A stretch of DNA of 64,000 bases from Salisapilia sapeloensis CBS 127946 (Eukaryota > Protista > Oomycota): NCBI GenBank assembly GCA_023334545.1, contig JAADVB010000072.1, forward strand, positions 1 through 64,000, in the 5' to 3' direction. A program made the translations under genes and the position numbers. Position 1 is the stretch's first letter. Each line of letters begins with the position of its first letter. Of this stretch, positions 1 through 11,557 are shown piece by piece. Under the pieces are notes generated by a model that did not search any database, had not been told where the DNA came from, and saw only the letters and a list, made by a program, of their open reading frames with translations.

Positions 1-418
1 GCCTAAGGTTTCCGACGGTAGTGTGTCTCGGCACGTAGGTCATTTGTTTCTTAAGGAAAACCATTCCGTATTTTGAATTGCCATTCTTGTGCGTGTTTCG
101 AGGGCTACGGTCCAGAGTCTCTATTATCCCAGGTACGAGTAAGGGCAAAGTGTAGGTGTATGCTTGCGAAGACTGATACTGCGTCCACTATATCTGGCTG
201 AATAAGATAAAGGTGAATACATAGAGTACCAGGACTGTTGACGACGAGAAATGAAAATATCCAGGATAAGTTGCTATCTGTACGCCATGCCACGTTGAAA
301 CTTTCTACACGAGATGCTTGGGCGGTCTACTCGATCCATTGTAGGTGGCACCGCAAGAAAGAAGACATATTCAAGTACAAAGTATGGATTGAACTAGTAA
401 AATCACATTCGTGGGTCT

Positions 419-3400
419 TTAACCAGACATTTGTCTTGCAATGAGCGCCTTGTATGCGCCATCCTGGATCTGCATCAACTCATCGTGCGTTCCTTGCTCC
501 ACAATCGCACCGTCCTTGGTCACGGCAATCAAGTCGGCATTCCGGATCGTCGACAGTCGGTGTGCCACGATGATCGTCGTTCGTCGCTTGAGCGCCAAGA
601 GGTTATCCAGAGACGCCTGGACGATCCGCTCGCTCTCATTATCCAACGCACTCGTCGCTTCATCCAGCAGCAGTACTTCAGGATCTCTCACGATCGCTCG
701 AGCAATGGCAATCCGCTGCTTTTGACCTCCAGACACTTGAGCGCCGTTATCCCCGACATCGGTGTCGTATCCATCCGGGAAGTTGCAGATAAAGTCATGT
801 GCATTTGACTTTTTGGCAGCGTCAATCACCTCTTCTCTCGTCACGTCCGGTTTGCCCAGTGCAATATTCTCTGCGATCGTCCCGGAGAAGAGTACAGGCT
901 CTTGACTGACGAGAGAAATGTGGTCTCGAAGCCACGGAACGTTCAGCTTCTTGATGTCAATGCCATCGTACGTGATCACCCCTGCATCCGGATCATAGAA
1001 TCGCTCGAGCATCCCAATCGCCGTACTCTTTCCGCTGCCACTAGCCCCCACGAGAGCTACTGTCTGTCCAGGTTGGATGTTGAGTGAGTAGTTCTTGTAG
1101 ACCTTAGCGTCTGGACGAGACGGATAGGTGAATTGGAGGTGTTGCATGCGGATGGCACCACGTACAGACTGTGGCTTCTGTCCGTGGCTGTCAGTAGCGT
1201 CGATCGCAGGCACTCGATCGATGATCTGGAAGACACGTGCCGCTGCTTCTCTCGCCTGATGCGTGTCAGATGCTGTTTCGATCGACACACTGATGGTGAT
1301 TCCGATCATCATGAGGATGATAACGACCACGAGGATGTCTTCAAACGTGTTGTATCCGTCCTCTACCCATCCACTGCCGACGTAGAACATGATGGACATT
1401 TGGAAGAACAGTACGCTCTCAGCAAACCCAAAGGCAGCACCCTTCATCAGTCCGTTTCGTGCCTTCTTCTTGTTGGACGTCGCTAGCCGATCAGCATACG
1501 CTTGACGGAGGGCATTACCCATGCCAAAGGACGTGACTGTCCGGATAGATCCGACAGCTTGGGAGAAGAGTGCGCCGGCAGTCGTGTCCTCCGACTTGGC
1601 TCCGTCCTTGTTGATCTCGTCGCCCATCACTTTCCCTTCGAGGTAGCTTCCAAGGAACATGAACGGCGAGATGGCGAGGCCCACGAGAGTTAGTCGCCAA
1701 CTGTAGGCGAAGCTGATAGCGTATCCGATGCCCATGGACGTTATGTTGACAAGTGCAAGGTTCAAGACACCAGTGGCAGCTGCATGCATCAGCGCCGAGT
1801 CGGACGAGAGTCTCGAGACAAGGATACCCGAAGCGTTCTCCGTCTGGTCGAACCAGCCAATGTCCTGTTGGAGCATGCTTTGGAAAGTAGTGCGTCGGAC
1901 GTGTACAGTTAGTTTATTCGCGACGACGCCAAAGCCGTACTCTTGTAGCGTGTTGGAGAGTGCGTAGAAGAGACCCAAGATGCCGAATCCGATGCCCCAT
2001 AGCCCAGCTTCGAGCTTCATATCAAATGCAGACCGGTACGTAAGGATTACGATGATGATCTTGACGAAGCAGAGTCCCCAGAGCGGGAAGATGGAGGCTT
2101 TCACAACACTCGCGATTAGACCGAGGGTCAAGTGTTTCCAGTAGGGAAGAGACATCTTGAAGACACGCATGAAGGATGCCTTTGATTCTGTCCCATCGCT
2201 CTGGACGTCTTCCTGATGTTTCGTGACGTCTGGAGACGAAGTGTAGACCTCATCCTCACGATTGGAGACTTGGGAAGTGACGCGATGCACCTTGCTAGAC
2301 GACGCTTGCGGCATGTCGTCGCTTTCATGACAATTATGCTCTTCACCACTGGTAGGAGAGGCATTGGAGAGCACGAGCTGACGGTAGTGGCCGTCTTTGA
2401 TCTGCATGAGCTCTTCGTGACTGCCTAGCTCGACGATCGATCCGTTGCTATGGACAGCGATCTTATCAGCGTCGCGAATGGTAGACAGGCGATGCGCAAC
2501 GATGATCGTCGTTCGCTTGGTCGTTTTCACAAGCTTATCCAAAGACTCTTGTACAATCCGTTCGCTCTCGGTATCCAGCGCACTCGTAGCTTCATCTAGC
2601 AGCAAAATCGGAGGGTTCTTGATGATCGCTCGAGCGATGGCAATACGTTGCTTCTGACCTCCTGAAAGCTGAGCACCTCGTTCGCCGACTTCCGTATCAA
2701 AGCCTTGTGGGAACGTCATGATAAAGTCGTAGGCATTCGACATCTTTGCTGCTTCTCGAACGTCTTCATCTGAAGCTTCGGGAGCTCCGTAGCGGATATT
2801 CTCCATGATCGTCGTGGCAAACAGCGATGGCTCTTGACCAACAAGGCCGACCTGCTTGCGTAACCACTTGACGTTCAGCTGTCGAATGTCCTGTCCATCT
2901 AGACAAACGGATCCGCTGGAGGGATCGTAGAAACGTTCGACAAGCGACACGACTGTGCTCTTACCACTTCCACTCGGCCCAACAAGCGCCACCGTCTCCC
3001 CTGCTTTAATCGATAAAGAGTACCCTTCACAGACATTCACATGTGGTCGAGAAGGATATGCGAATGTGATGTCGCTGATGTCGAGGTTGCCCTGTACCTT
3101 GTCCATCGTCAGTCCGTCGTCAGTGTTCGGATCAATCTTGGACTGGCGGTGGATCACTTGGAAGATGCTGTAGGCTGCCGTCCGAGCAGCATCGATCGCT
3201 TGGAGGTACGGCGCAGTCATACTAAGCGCCAACGCGCCTTCTGTGATGGAGAAAGCAACGATGAGCACTTTGCTTCCGTCGTAGCACCCACTGCCTTGGC
3301 AGTCGTTATCGTCAAGATAGTCTCCTGCGACTTTGACAGCTCCGTAGTAGAGTCCAATGCCGTAGGAGCAGAAGAATACGAAGAAGAGGACACCTGTGCC

Positions 3401-4249
3401 CCATCCAGTCGTCAACGCTTTCTTCACGCCAGCACGATAGGAACCTTCGAGGGCAGTGCTGTACTTGGTATCAAAGTGGTCGATGGCATTGAAAGCGTGG
3501 ATGGTGCGTGGATTGCCTAGAGACTCTTGGGCAATCGCACCGGCTTTGCCGTACGCGTCGATGCTGTCCTGAGAAGCTTTGCTGATGGCTTTATTGGCAA
3601 AATATCCGAGGATGAGGATTATAGGTGTGAAGGCGATGAGCACGAGCGTGAGTTCCCATCCTTTGATGAAGCCGAGGATGAATCCAGTGATCGTGAAGGT
3701 GGTGAAGCAGATCGCATGACCGACTTTGCTGCCCATGCCGTTCCCGAGCGTGACGGTGGCTTCGGACAGTCGTGCAACGAGTTCACCTGGTTCGTTCGTG
3801 TCAAACCACCCGATCTCTTGCTTTAGGATCGAGTCGATGTAAGCGCCTCGAATGCGTTTGGTCTGGCGAGACGATGTCATGGCCCAACACGAGACTTGGA
3901 GGAAGCCTGTGAAGACGATGATCACACCTAGGACAGCAAATTTGAGCGAGACGGTCCCAACGTCGCTCTGGAGATGGGATTTCGTTCGTGGATCGACTGG
4001 CTCAAACGTTTTGGTCATGTCTCCTAGGAAGAGGATCTGCAGCGGAATGGCTGCTCCGGTGACCATAGCTCCGATAGTCCCGACAGCCATCAACAGCATG
4101 TCTGTCTTGTCTGCAAAGGAAAATAGCTGGAGGAACGAGACGGCATTGGAATTCTTGGGTGCCTTAGCCTCTTCCTCTTTTGGCTTGTCAGGAGATCGAG
4201 GACTCTCGAGACCGACGTAGCTTGTGTCATGTCGATCTTGCGACTGCAT
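419..4249 (-). CDS. Full-length ABC transporter, subfamily B (MDR/P-glycoprotein type), 1276 aa, intronless
   Basis: TMD-NBD-TMD-NBD layout. Walker A GPSGSGKST and GASGSGKST, Q-loops GQEP/SQEP, signatures LSGGQKQ/VSGGQKQ, Walker B/D-loop LLLDEATSALD twice, H-loop VAHRLSTIR twice. Confidence 0.97.
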   Translation of the reverse strand: MQSQDRHDTSYVGLESPRSPDKPKEEEAKAPKNSNAVSFLQLFSFADKTDMLLMAVGTIGAMVTGAAIPLQILFLGDMTKTFEPVDPRTKSHLQSDVGTVSLKFAVLGVIIVFTGFLQVSCWAMTSSRQTKRIRGAYIDSILKQEIGWFDTNEPGELVARLSEATVTLGNGMGSKVGHAICFTTFTITGFILGFIKGWELTLVLIAFTPIILILGYFANKAISKASQDSIDAYGKAGAIAQESLGNPRTIHAFNAIDHFDTKYSTALEGSYRAGVKKALTTGWGTGVLFFVFFCSYGIGLYYGAVKVAGDYLDDNDCQGSGCYDGSKVLIVAFSITEGALALSMTAPYLQAIDAARTAAYSIFQVIHRQSKIDPNTDDGLTMDKVQGNLDISDITFAYPSRPHVNVCEGYSLSIKAGETVALVGPSGSGKSTVVSLVERFYDPSSGSVCLDGQDIRQLNVKWLRKQVGLVGQEPSLFATTIMENIRYGAPEASDEDVREAAKMSNAYDFIMTFPQGFDTEVGERGAQLSGGQKQRIAIARAIIKNPPILLLDEATSALDTESERIVQESLDKLVKTTKRTTIIVAHRLSTIRDADKIAVHSNGSIVELGSHEELMQIKDGHYRQLVLSNASPTSGEEHNCHESDDMPQASSSKVHRVTSQVSNREDEVYTSSPDVTKHQEDVQSDGTESKASFMRVFKMSLPYWKHLTLGLIASVVKASIFPLWGLCFVKIIIVILTYRSAFDMKLEAGLWGIGFGILGLFYALSNTLQEYGFGVVANKLTVHVRRTTFQSMLQQDIGWFDQTENASGILVSRLSSDSALMHAAATGVLNLALVNITSMGIGYAISFAYSWRLTLVGLAISPFMFLGSYLEGKVMGDEINKDGAKSEDTTAGALFSQAVGSIRTVTSFGMGNALRQAYADRLATSNKKKARNGLMKGAAFGFAESVLFFQMSIMFYVGSGWVEDGYNTFEDILVVVIILMMIGITISVSIETASDTHQAREAAARVFQIIDRVPAIDATDSHGQKPQSVRGAIRMQHLQFTYPSRPDAKVYKNYSLNIQPGQTVALVGASGSGKSTAIGMLERFYDPDAGVITYDGIDIKKLNVPWLRDHISLVSQEPVLFSGTIAENIALGKPDVTREEVIDAAKKSNAHDFICNFPDGYDTDVGDNGAQVSGGQKQRIAIARAIVRDPEVLLLDEATSALDNESERIVQASLDNLLALKRRTTIIVAHRLSTIRNADLIAVTKDGAIVEQGTHDELMQIQDGAYKALIARQMSG

Positions 4250-4663
4250 TTGTTAGAAGAGGTAGTAGTTGCTAGGTGGAAAATGCAGGAATGAAAGAGA
4301 TAGATGAGGTTGTATTGACTAGTAGGTAGTCTCAACAAATCGTCATCAAGCGTATCCAGCTCATTGCAACTATTGATCTGATGGAGCAAACGTATCTCAT
4401 ACAAACTGTTATATAAAGACTAAACACATCATCATCTTCCAAGAATGAAGGTCGCTCCTTTATAGTTACTTCATGTATACTCAAGACATCGATGTAGCGT
4501 CTACCTCGTATGCTCTGGGTACGTTTCCGCCGTACTACGAGCCCATGAAACGGTTTGTATCTAGGACGGTACGTCAAACTCCAAGCTCTCAATCGTATGT
4601 AGAAGAGCAAAGATAAATATACTTGTAAATTGCACTAGAAACATATGTAGCTGATCGTATTTC

Positions 4664-5920
4664 TTATTCGTACGGTACGCCCCATGCCGTAGTTTTGCCT
4701 GTCGTAAGGAGCTGTCGAATGTCGTCCATCTCTTGATCAAAAAAATCCAATGCCGCGTCTGTGATTTCCTTTGCGAATCCAGATTGGGCACCATTCTTCT
4801 CCTTTGAAGAGGCGCACATGACAGTCGCGATTTTCGTCTGATTGCCCATTGCCGTGTACATTGCCCATCCACAGTCATCCACACGCTGCTTGCTTCCATC
4901 TTTTACTGCACCGATCGAAATGCCAGACCATATATCCACGTGCACCGAGTCGGACAAGTGCATTCGTCTGAAAAGAAATGCAATCTGGCTGTATCGAAAT
5001 TGCTCCATCTGCTCCAAGTTGTATCTAGCGGCGAGCGTCCACTTCTGTGGCTCTGGCCAATTGTCCGGATGACGCAGTGGCTCGCCGACGATCGCTTGCT
5101 CCCGTTCACTCACGTACCACAATTTCTTCGTCACATTTTCGAAAGGAAGAGGTATGATTTCACTCATGCTAGCGTCGACAATCCATTGGGTCTGTCCGTC
5201 GTCACACAAGTGCTTGCGAGAGCGTCGAGTGAATCCACACTCAGATCCGTTGAGCAAGTACGGCGTCCCGGTGGGATCAAAGACAGTCGACAGTTTAGGA
5301 ATTATCTTCTCTGTTTGCTGCAACAGAGCGTTGTAGATCATGCTGTCATCAGAGTTTATACTAACGGCGTATGGCATCGAGACAGCGATAAAGTCGTAGT
5401 GTGTAGGAATATGAAAGCCATTCTCTAGTGCACGACATCGCATGATATTGGACTGGAGCTGGGTCTGTAATGCTACTGCCGACTGGAGATTTGCATTCGT
5501 GGTCTCGGCACGAAGTCTGTCGTTTAGCTCATCCTTTGCTCGTTGTTCCCAATGGCTTTTCGTCTTTATTTGACTGGCTTTCGACTGCTTCAGCTGTTCA
5601 AGCAGCGCTTCCAATTGAGGCGCTACCGTCCGAAGGTGCTTGAGCTCTTGCTGTCGACGATTACGGGACGGATTATTCGTTCGCTTCTTGCCGCATTTGA
5701 ATGACGTGTCCGTCTGCAAAGAACTTGTAGGATTCGTACTCGGAGCAATTGATGCTTCGTCCAGCCACGCCAGACTTTGGTCGATATCCACATCCAGGGA
5801 CGTAGGTGACAATCCTTTTGGTAACATATAGTCGGAGGAATCGTTTGGGAGGTCGATGGTCTCTAAAATGGACGAAAGTTCGTCTCCTTCCGAGCTATCG
5901 TGCATGTCTCTCTCGTCCAT
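4664..5920 (-). CDS. Oomycete M96-like family protein (basic/coiled-coil bZIP-like region plus START-like C-terminal domain), 418 aa
   Basis: Acidic N-terminus, basic NPSRNRRQQELKHLR followed by a heptad coiled coil and HWEQRAKDELNDRLRAETTNANL, then an alpha/beta region. This architecture is typical of the expanded oomycete M96-like family (recognised by eye). Confidence 0.65.
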   Translation of the reverse strand: MDERDMHDSSEGDELSSILETIDLPNDSSDYMLPKGLSPTSLDVDIDQSLAWLDEASIAPSTNPTSSLQTDTSFKCGKKRTNNPSRNRRQQELKHLRTVAPQLEALLEQLKQSKASQIKTKSHWEQRAKDELNDRLRAETTNANLQSAVALQTQLQSNIMRCRALENGFHIPTHYDFIAVSMPYAVSINSDDSMIYNALLQQTEKIIPKLSTVFDPTGTPYLLNGSECGFTRRSRKHLCDDGQTQWIVDASMSEIIPLPFENVTKKLWYVSEREQAIVGEPLRHPDNWPEPQKWTLAARYNLEQMEQFRYSQIAFLFRRMHLSDSVHVDIWSGISIGAVKDGSKQRVDDCGWAMYTAMGNQTKIATVMCASSKEKNGAQSGFAKEITDAALDFFDQEMDDIRQLLTTGKTTAWGVPYE

Positions 5921-6343
5921 TTTAATCTGTCTTTGATTATGGGATGCGGGATATTAGTGGCTAGACAGAGTGATGGTCGCTTGTTCAGGCATGATTTGAC
6001 AGATTCTTTTGTGAGCCGTAGCTTGCTACTTTTATGGACCGATGATCCCACTTTGAAAGGCGCATCGTCTGTAGACAACGTCCGTCTCTACACGATTTTA
6101 TCTTGAACTTTGTATACTCTCTTGGGCAAGTGCATTTTAATGGCTTTTCGGAAAGAAATCACAACGACATGATGAAACCGATGTAGAGAGGGATGTCGAA
6201 GAGTGCTTTAGTGATAAAGTAGAAAGAAACGACTACGAGCAAAGTGTACGATAAAAGGACGTTTGCGTTATAAACTAGTACTGTACGAGCGGGAACTTCT
6301 TCCCGCATTTCCATATGTAACATCGACGGAAATAAAATAGCGC

Positions 6344-7096
6344 TCACATGAGCATTGCTCGGTGCTCGGCCAACAAATCAGCCAGACGGAACAACTGGTG
6401 CAGGCGTGGCCGAACGTCTTCGTAGTCTTTGAGGTTATGTAGTACTTTCGTCAAACTCGTCAATGTTCGGTCATTCGCATCGTCATAGAAACTTGGCACC
6501 GGGACGCCATTGCTCGGCTGCAAGAGGAACGAGACGGGGTTGTTGTCCACGAAAATCACCCTCGACAAGTCGCGGCGCACAACGTGCAGATCCTTTAGAA
6601 ACATACCCTTCTTATGGACACACGACTCTCGGAAGAAGCGACCTTTAAAGAGTTGTTGCTTCGGGTCGAGCTGGTCCAAAATTGGACTCGCATACGCTTC
6701 TAAGCCAGCGGTAAATGCGTACAGGTCAAAGTGCTTCGACGCTTCTTCAAGGAACGCATCGAGTCCCGGACGTTTGTTCACGATCGCACGCTCACCGTCC
6801 TCCATGACAATTTCAAATGAATCATGGTAGTGCGTTACAGAATCTGGTCGAGCTTCCTGTTGACGGTATTCAACCTGATCATTGTAAAACTTGCTATGCA
6901 CAAGGCATTCATCGACGTCAAGTACGAGGGCGATGCGTGAATCTTCAGTCTGGTTATCTTCGAGTGGATCTTCAGGGGATTCAGGCGACACCACGGCACG
7001 CAGACGCTTCTTGGCGTTGCTGACGTCGTCGACGGAGAGTGTAGGTCTCGCGTCGAACGGGGTTTCGAATGGAAGTTGGGCTAGTGTGGCACTCAT
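6344..7096 (-). CDS. FCP1/SCP-like (NIF/CPDc) HAD phosphatase, CTD small phosphatase-like
   Basis: LVLDVDECLVHS (DxDx motif), KRPGLDAFL, FTAGLEAYASPILDQLDP, FRESC, KDLHVVRRDLSRVIFVDNNP. First real ATG is at 7096; the ORF-track start at 7192 is a TTG. Confidence 0.93.
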   Translation of the reverse strand: MSATLAQLPFETPFDARPTLSVDDVSNAKKRLRAVVSPESPEDPLEDNQTEDSRIALVLDVDECLVHSKFYNDQVEYRQQEARPDSVTHYHDSFEIVMEDGERAIVNKRPGLDAFLEEASKHFDLYAFTAGLEAYASPILDQLDPKQQLFKGRFFRESCVHKKGMFLKDLHVVRRDLSRVIFVDNNPVSFLLQPSNGVPVPSFYDDANDRTLTSLTKVLHNLKDYEDVRPRLHQLFRLADLLAEHRAMLM

Positions 7097-7253
7097 AATG
7101 GTCGGAAGGTCGATGCTTCCACGAGTACGTGTTCGCGTTTTACAAAAGTTGGTGCGCTTGGGGAAGTGAGCGACTTGCGGGGAATTCAACAATGACGTCG
7201 TACGTGTGCTTGGGACGCGCAGCCTTTTAAGATCCTACCCTTTAAAACGCACC

Positions 7254-7267
7254 GATTGGCTAAAATT
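7254..7267. promoter_or_regulatory. Oomycete-type CCAAT box (GATTGGCTAAAATT) upstream of the NIF phosphatase
   Basis: Matches the extended GATTGGCTRAAATT motif about 160 nt upstream of the ATG. A near-identical motif recurs at 8952 and 61810. Confidence 0.65.
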
Positions 7268-8951
7268 AAAAACAGATGGTGTTTTATCGATCATGTTCAA
7301 GCACCGATGGCGGAAGAGCTGTTGATAAGGTTGTCGATAGGCAGATCAGAAAGCTATTTACGTTGATGCATGCATCTTATTGTAGCCCTCGACGAAATGG
7401 AAGCTAAAGCCTTTGATAATTAAAAAGAAGAGCGTTGGATTCGCGGATCGACAGGGAGATGGGTGCATGTTTATTTCTATAGAAGTGAACGTTGGAGCCA
7501 GTATGCATCCGCCAATGAGCGCACAGCATTTTAAGCGATGCTGTCGCATGTCTTGGCATGGCTATTGAACGATGAAAAAAAGATGGCAAGGTAGACGGGA
7601 TGAGTGAGCCAAGCTACTGTATTACCACCGGGGCTGCAGAGGTGGGTCGGAGCTTTGAAATTTTTACACAAAGTGTTGAACGGCTGCATGGGTGATCATG
7701 CATGAGAATGCGAAATGGCTACGTTTATCTTTCTGAAATCAGTGACTTTTCAAGATCTTTCATGGAACATACGCCTTCTTATTTTGTATGGAAAGCATGT
7801 CGCGAAGGGCAACATGGCTGCAGCATAAATCTGCATCGCATGCGAATATGACTGATCAGCGCGATAAAAGTGCACTAAGACGAAACGGCGGCAGGAAACT
7901 AGGAAGGCATCGGGAAACAGCCAAGAGTGAGATGGGACCTAGGTGTATCTTGAAGCGGCGTATCATATATTCTCGGCCAACTTGCTACACGAATACATGG
8001 CTGCTATCCGTTTATATCCTTCGTGAATGCATCTTCAATGCCAGGTCGTATCGCTGCTTCAACTCGAATGTAAAGAATCGAAGCGGTCCTGTTTGACAAG
8101 AACAAAGACAGAACGCGGCTCTATCCTCTGTGGCTCCATCTCCACTAGCTTCAACCCACTTACTCCCGTGCGTGGTGCTCATTTTAATCTTATCCGTTAC
8201 TCTCTCTTACTGTTCGAACAGCCTGACGCAAGCGACCTCACCAAATCTCTCCATGGACTACATTCGCTAGATAGACTATGCGTTCGCTCCAACTAACAAC
8301 GACGCCAGTACCCACCAAATCAGTCTCCTCATTCTTTCTTCTTTAACTCTATCGAAAGGATTTGTAGTGTTTTTTTACCTTTCTTCCTGTTAGCGCATCG
8401 TCTTGACTATTGTGCAACAAAACCAGTCATAACTTGAGGGTGTCGTGCAAACGGGCCCCGTTACTGGCGACTTAGGCATCAAGGCGGCTATACCGCCCAC
8501 ATGCACATGTCGCGCTAGCAAATACGCCGCCTACCATACTTAAAAAAGGGTTGCACTATCCCCCAATACGTCATTTCTCGAACGTTTCGATGAAAATCTC
8601 CATTACGATGCGAAGAGGTATCTTGCATGTGGTATGGAGTGAGGAAGCGCATCAGCTTGAAAAGATATTTTTAGATCGACATTCGAACGAGCCGAGAAAT
8701 CGAACCTACGTTTCTTTTCTTCCAATCCTGAGCGGCGATCATTTTAACACAAGCTTCAGTCGAAACGTGCAGAGAAGAGCGTGAATCAAGTTGTACTTCA
8801 TCTACCTGTAGCTTCAACTTGTAGCTACTCGACTCTAGCTTCCTCAACCTATATTTCACAAAAGATTGGACATATGCATCCATTTGTACACTAGAGTTGT
8901 CAATCTTTATGATCTAAAGTCAGATTGGTAGATATTCTATTTGCCAACTTG

Positions 8952-8965
8952 GATTGGCTGAAATT
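8952..8965. promoter_or_regulatory. Oomycete-type CCAAT box (GATTGGCTGAAATT) upstream of Nopp140
   Basis: About 70 nt upstream of ATG 9034 and followed by an INR-like CCATTCA. Confidence 0.7.
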
Positions 8966-9033
8966 TAGCCACCATTCAATAAATGCTGACAACAACTGGT
9001 CAAACAGGTTCACGAGTACTTGGTCACTAGAAA

Positions 9034-10583
9034 ATGGGTAAATCCAAGACCACGAAGCAGGCCTCCAAGGCGGAAAAAGCCTCTGCTACTGCCAACAACA
9101 CCAATGCATCTTCTGTGCAAGTTGTACCGAGCGATATTCTCCCGTTGATCCACACACTCTTGACAACGGCTGGACTCCAGAAAACCGCTGACACGCTTAC
9201 GTCTGAAGCGAAGCTGGTACGTTTTTACGATTCCAAAATGAAACCGTGCAATATGCACGAGTCAATGCACTATCTACGCTATGTAAATCGAGCGCATCGT
9301 GTAAACAACGTCACTAATTCGACTACAAATAGACGGTGAAGGCACTAAACTACGATCATGACCTCGTTGCTATCTACAAGGAATACTTGAACAATCATCC
9401 GGTCCAAAAATCGGCACCTAAGAAGCAAGAAGAGGATAAAAGCAGTTCATCGTCGTCGGATTCGAGTGATGACGAGGAAGAGTCGAAGCCAAAGCTGGCA
9501 AAGGAGACGAAATCCCAGTCCAAAGGGGAAAGCTCGTCCTCGGACGATAGTTCCGATTCGTCGGATGAAGAATCTATCCCCAAGAAGCAGGTGAATGGAT
9601 CTAAAAAACAAATACCAGAAAAGAAGGAAGCAGACTCTTCGGATTCGTCCGATTCGTCCGATTCGTCGGATGATGAAGCAGAGCCAAAAAAGCAGAGCAA
9701 TGGCACGAAAAAACAGGAGAAAGAGCTGAACACTTCTAAGAGCGTAAAGCCTGCCTCGAAGGAAGCTAAAAAAGAGGAGTCAGACTCGTCCAGTTCGTCG
9801 GACTCTTCCGATGACGAGACACCAGCCAAGAAGACGACGACTAAGAATGAATCCAAAGAATCGTCTTCCAGTTCTTCTGAAAGTGAAGATGAAGAAGAAG
9901 AAGGACCAAAGACCAAAGCAAAAGATGCTAAAAAGCAGGAAGAATCAGACTCTTCCAGCTCTTCTGAAAGTGAAGATGAAGAAGAAGCATCAAAGGCAAA
10001 GGTGAAGAATAGCAAGAAAGAGGAGTCGGACTCTTCGAGTTCATCCGATTCTTCGGATGATGAAGAAGATGAAAAGAAGACTACTGCGTCGAAGAGGAAA
10101 CAAGAAAGCTCTTCTTCTTCCTCTTCTGAGTCTGAATCGGAAGATGAAGAACCAGCAAAGAAGAAGCAAAAGGTTGAATCCTCTTCCTCTGAGTCGGAAT
10201 CATCGTCGGAATCCGAGTCGGAAGATGAAGAAAAGTTGGCGAAGCGTTTGAAAAAGGAGGAAGCCAGGAGAAATGAAGCTGCAAAAGCGGCTCTCGAGTG
10301 GAAACCGAGCGAAGTGACGATCAAGCCATCTTCCCACAAGTCAGGTGGAACTCCGTTCAGGAGGGTCGATGGTGACTACTGGAGCACACAGATTGGTCAT
10401 GACTCGCTTCGGGATAACAGTTACGCTGGTACGTTTGGCGATGAAGGTGTGGGTCACAAAGCCAACTCGGTGTTGGCAACCGTACGTGGAAAGAACTTTA
10501 CCAAGGAGAAGAACAAGCGAAAGAAATCGACATACATGCACGGTGGCATTTCGATGGAATCGCGGAGTTACAAGTTTGACTAG
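9034..10583 (+). CDS. NOLC1: Nopp140/SRP40-like nucleolar phosphoprotein; exons 9034-9216 and 9333-10583
   Basis: LisH-like N-terminus (ILPLIHTLLTTAGLQKTADTLTSEAK), alternating Ser/acidic and Lys-rich blocks, SRP40 C-terminal domain (TPFRRVD...RGKNFTKEKNKRKKSTY.GG.I). Intron GTACGT...ACTAAT...TAG (116 nt) joins the frames. Confidence 0.93.
9440..10240 (+). repeat. Low-complexity coding repeats (SSSSDSSDDE / KK blocks) of Nopp140
   Basis: 9-bp tandem GATTCGTCC near 9642-9668. Near-duplicated TCTTCCAGYTCTTCTGAAAGTGAAGATGAAGAAGAAG at about 9864 and 9951. Confidence 0.85.
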
Positions 10584-11557
10584 ATTTTGCATAGAAATTG
10601 AAATGTAGCTTTCAATTGTTTGCTTTCATAATTGGATGGCATTTTTCGAGTATTATCGAGTGGGAGTGCATGCACATGACTGTACGGCAATCAACATTCG
10701 ATTGGGAGCTTACACAAGATGTGTTGAAGCAAAGAGTGCAGACGTGAATTGAAATTTAAGTTGAAACTTGTGTTCTGATCGGGAGTCATGCGAAATGTAG
10801 TACATCTAGGAAGATGACTAGATAACCTGGGTGGTTTCTGCCTGTAGGATGCACCTCTGAGATCTTGATAAAACCTGGTGGGTATGGCGTCCGTTTTGTC
10901 GAAGCTGGTCACATACGCGGTAGAGTTTAGGTAGTCATTTGCGACAAAGAAGGCATAGTTTTTCCGTCTATCTTTTATCCAAGGCGGATCAGAAGGTTGA
11001 ATGGTCTTTTAAATTTCCCATTGTTGACTACGTGACATTGTCCCAGCCACCAAAGTAGATAAGTCCTAGTTTTAAGTTTCGGAAACCTTCAAGATTAATG
11101 AGTAAAAGAGGAAGTATCGTCGCAAGTGCGAGCTTAAAAACAAATGCGAAAGATCAAGTTTGCACATACATGTATACGAGTACAAGTATCTTTCGCATGC
11201 GATAAGTATGTATCGAACTGAAGAAGATCGACACACCATAAAAGAAAAGCTAGAGACATGAGTCAAGGTGAAACATGCACGATCTAATGGTAGCCTAGAG
11301 CACAGTTGGACAAACATGACTTAGACTCAAGAAGATGAAAATTTGTACATTTCCATGTCAGAACGAGCGCATGAATGAGATATTCAGGTACAAATGGTAG
11401 CGTGTTTAGCTCGCATATCCATTAAGTAGATCGGTTTCAAGACGACTCTTCAAGATAGAGTTCCATATAATTACAACTACGTTGATATATCGGAAAGTAT
11501 ATTATCGATGAGGTTTTTACGAGACAAATACATCAATTTGGCAACGCTGTCAAAGGG

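Noticed and set aside
1-444. Short ORFs at the window start (105-293, 238-444)
   Set aside because: No motifs; they lie in or next to the ABCB 3' UTR.
8450-8512. Cluster of short palindromes (AACGGG-C-CCCGTT, GGCGG-CTATA-CCGCC, ACATG-CA-CATGT)
   Set aside because: Stems are only 5-6 bp and there are no SRP, RNase P/MRP or snoRNA motifs. This is compatible with chance; an Rfam scan would settle it.
8671-8700. Minus-strand ATTTCTCGGC...GATCTAA resembling the U2 snRNA 5' end
   Set aside because: The invariant branch-pairing GTGTAGTA and the Sm site are absent.
9395-10339. 314-aa antisense ORF (Ser/Phe-rich)
   Set aside because: Mirror of the Nopp140 low-complexity repeats on the opposite strand.
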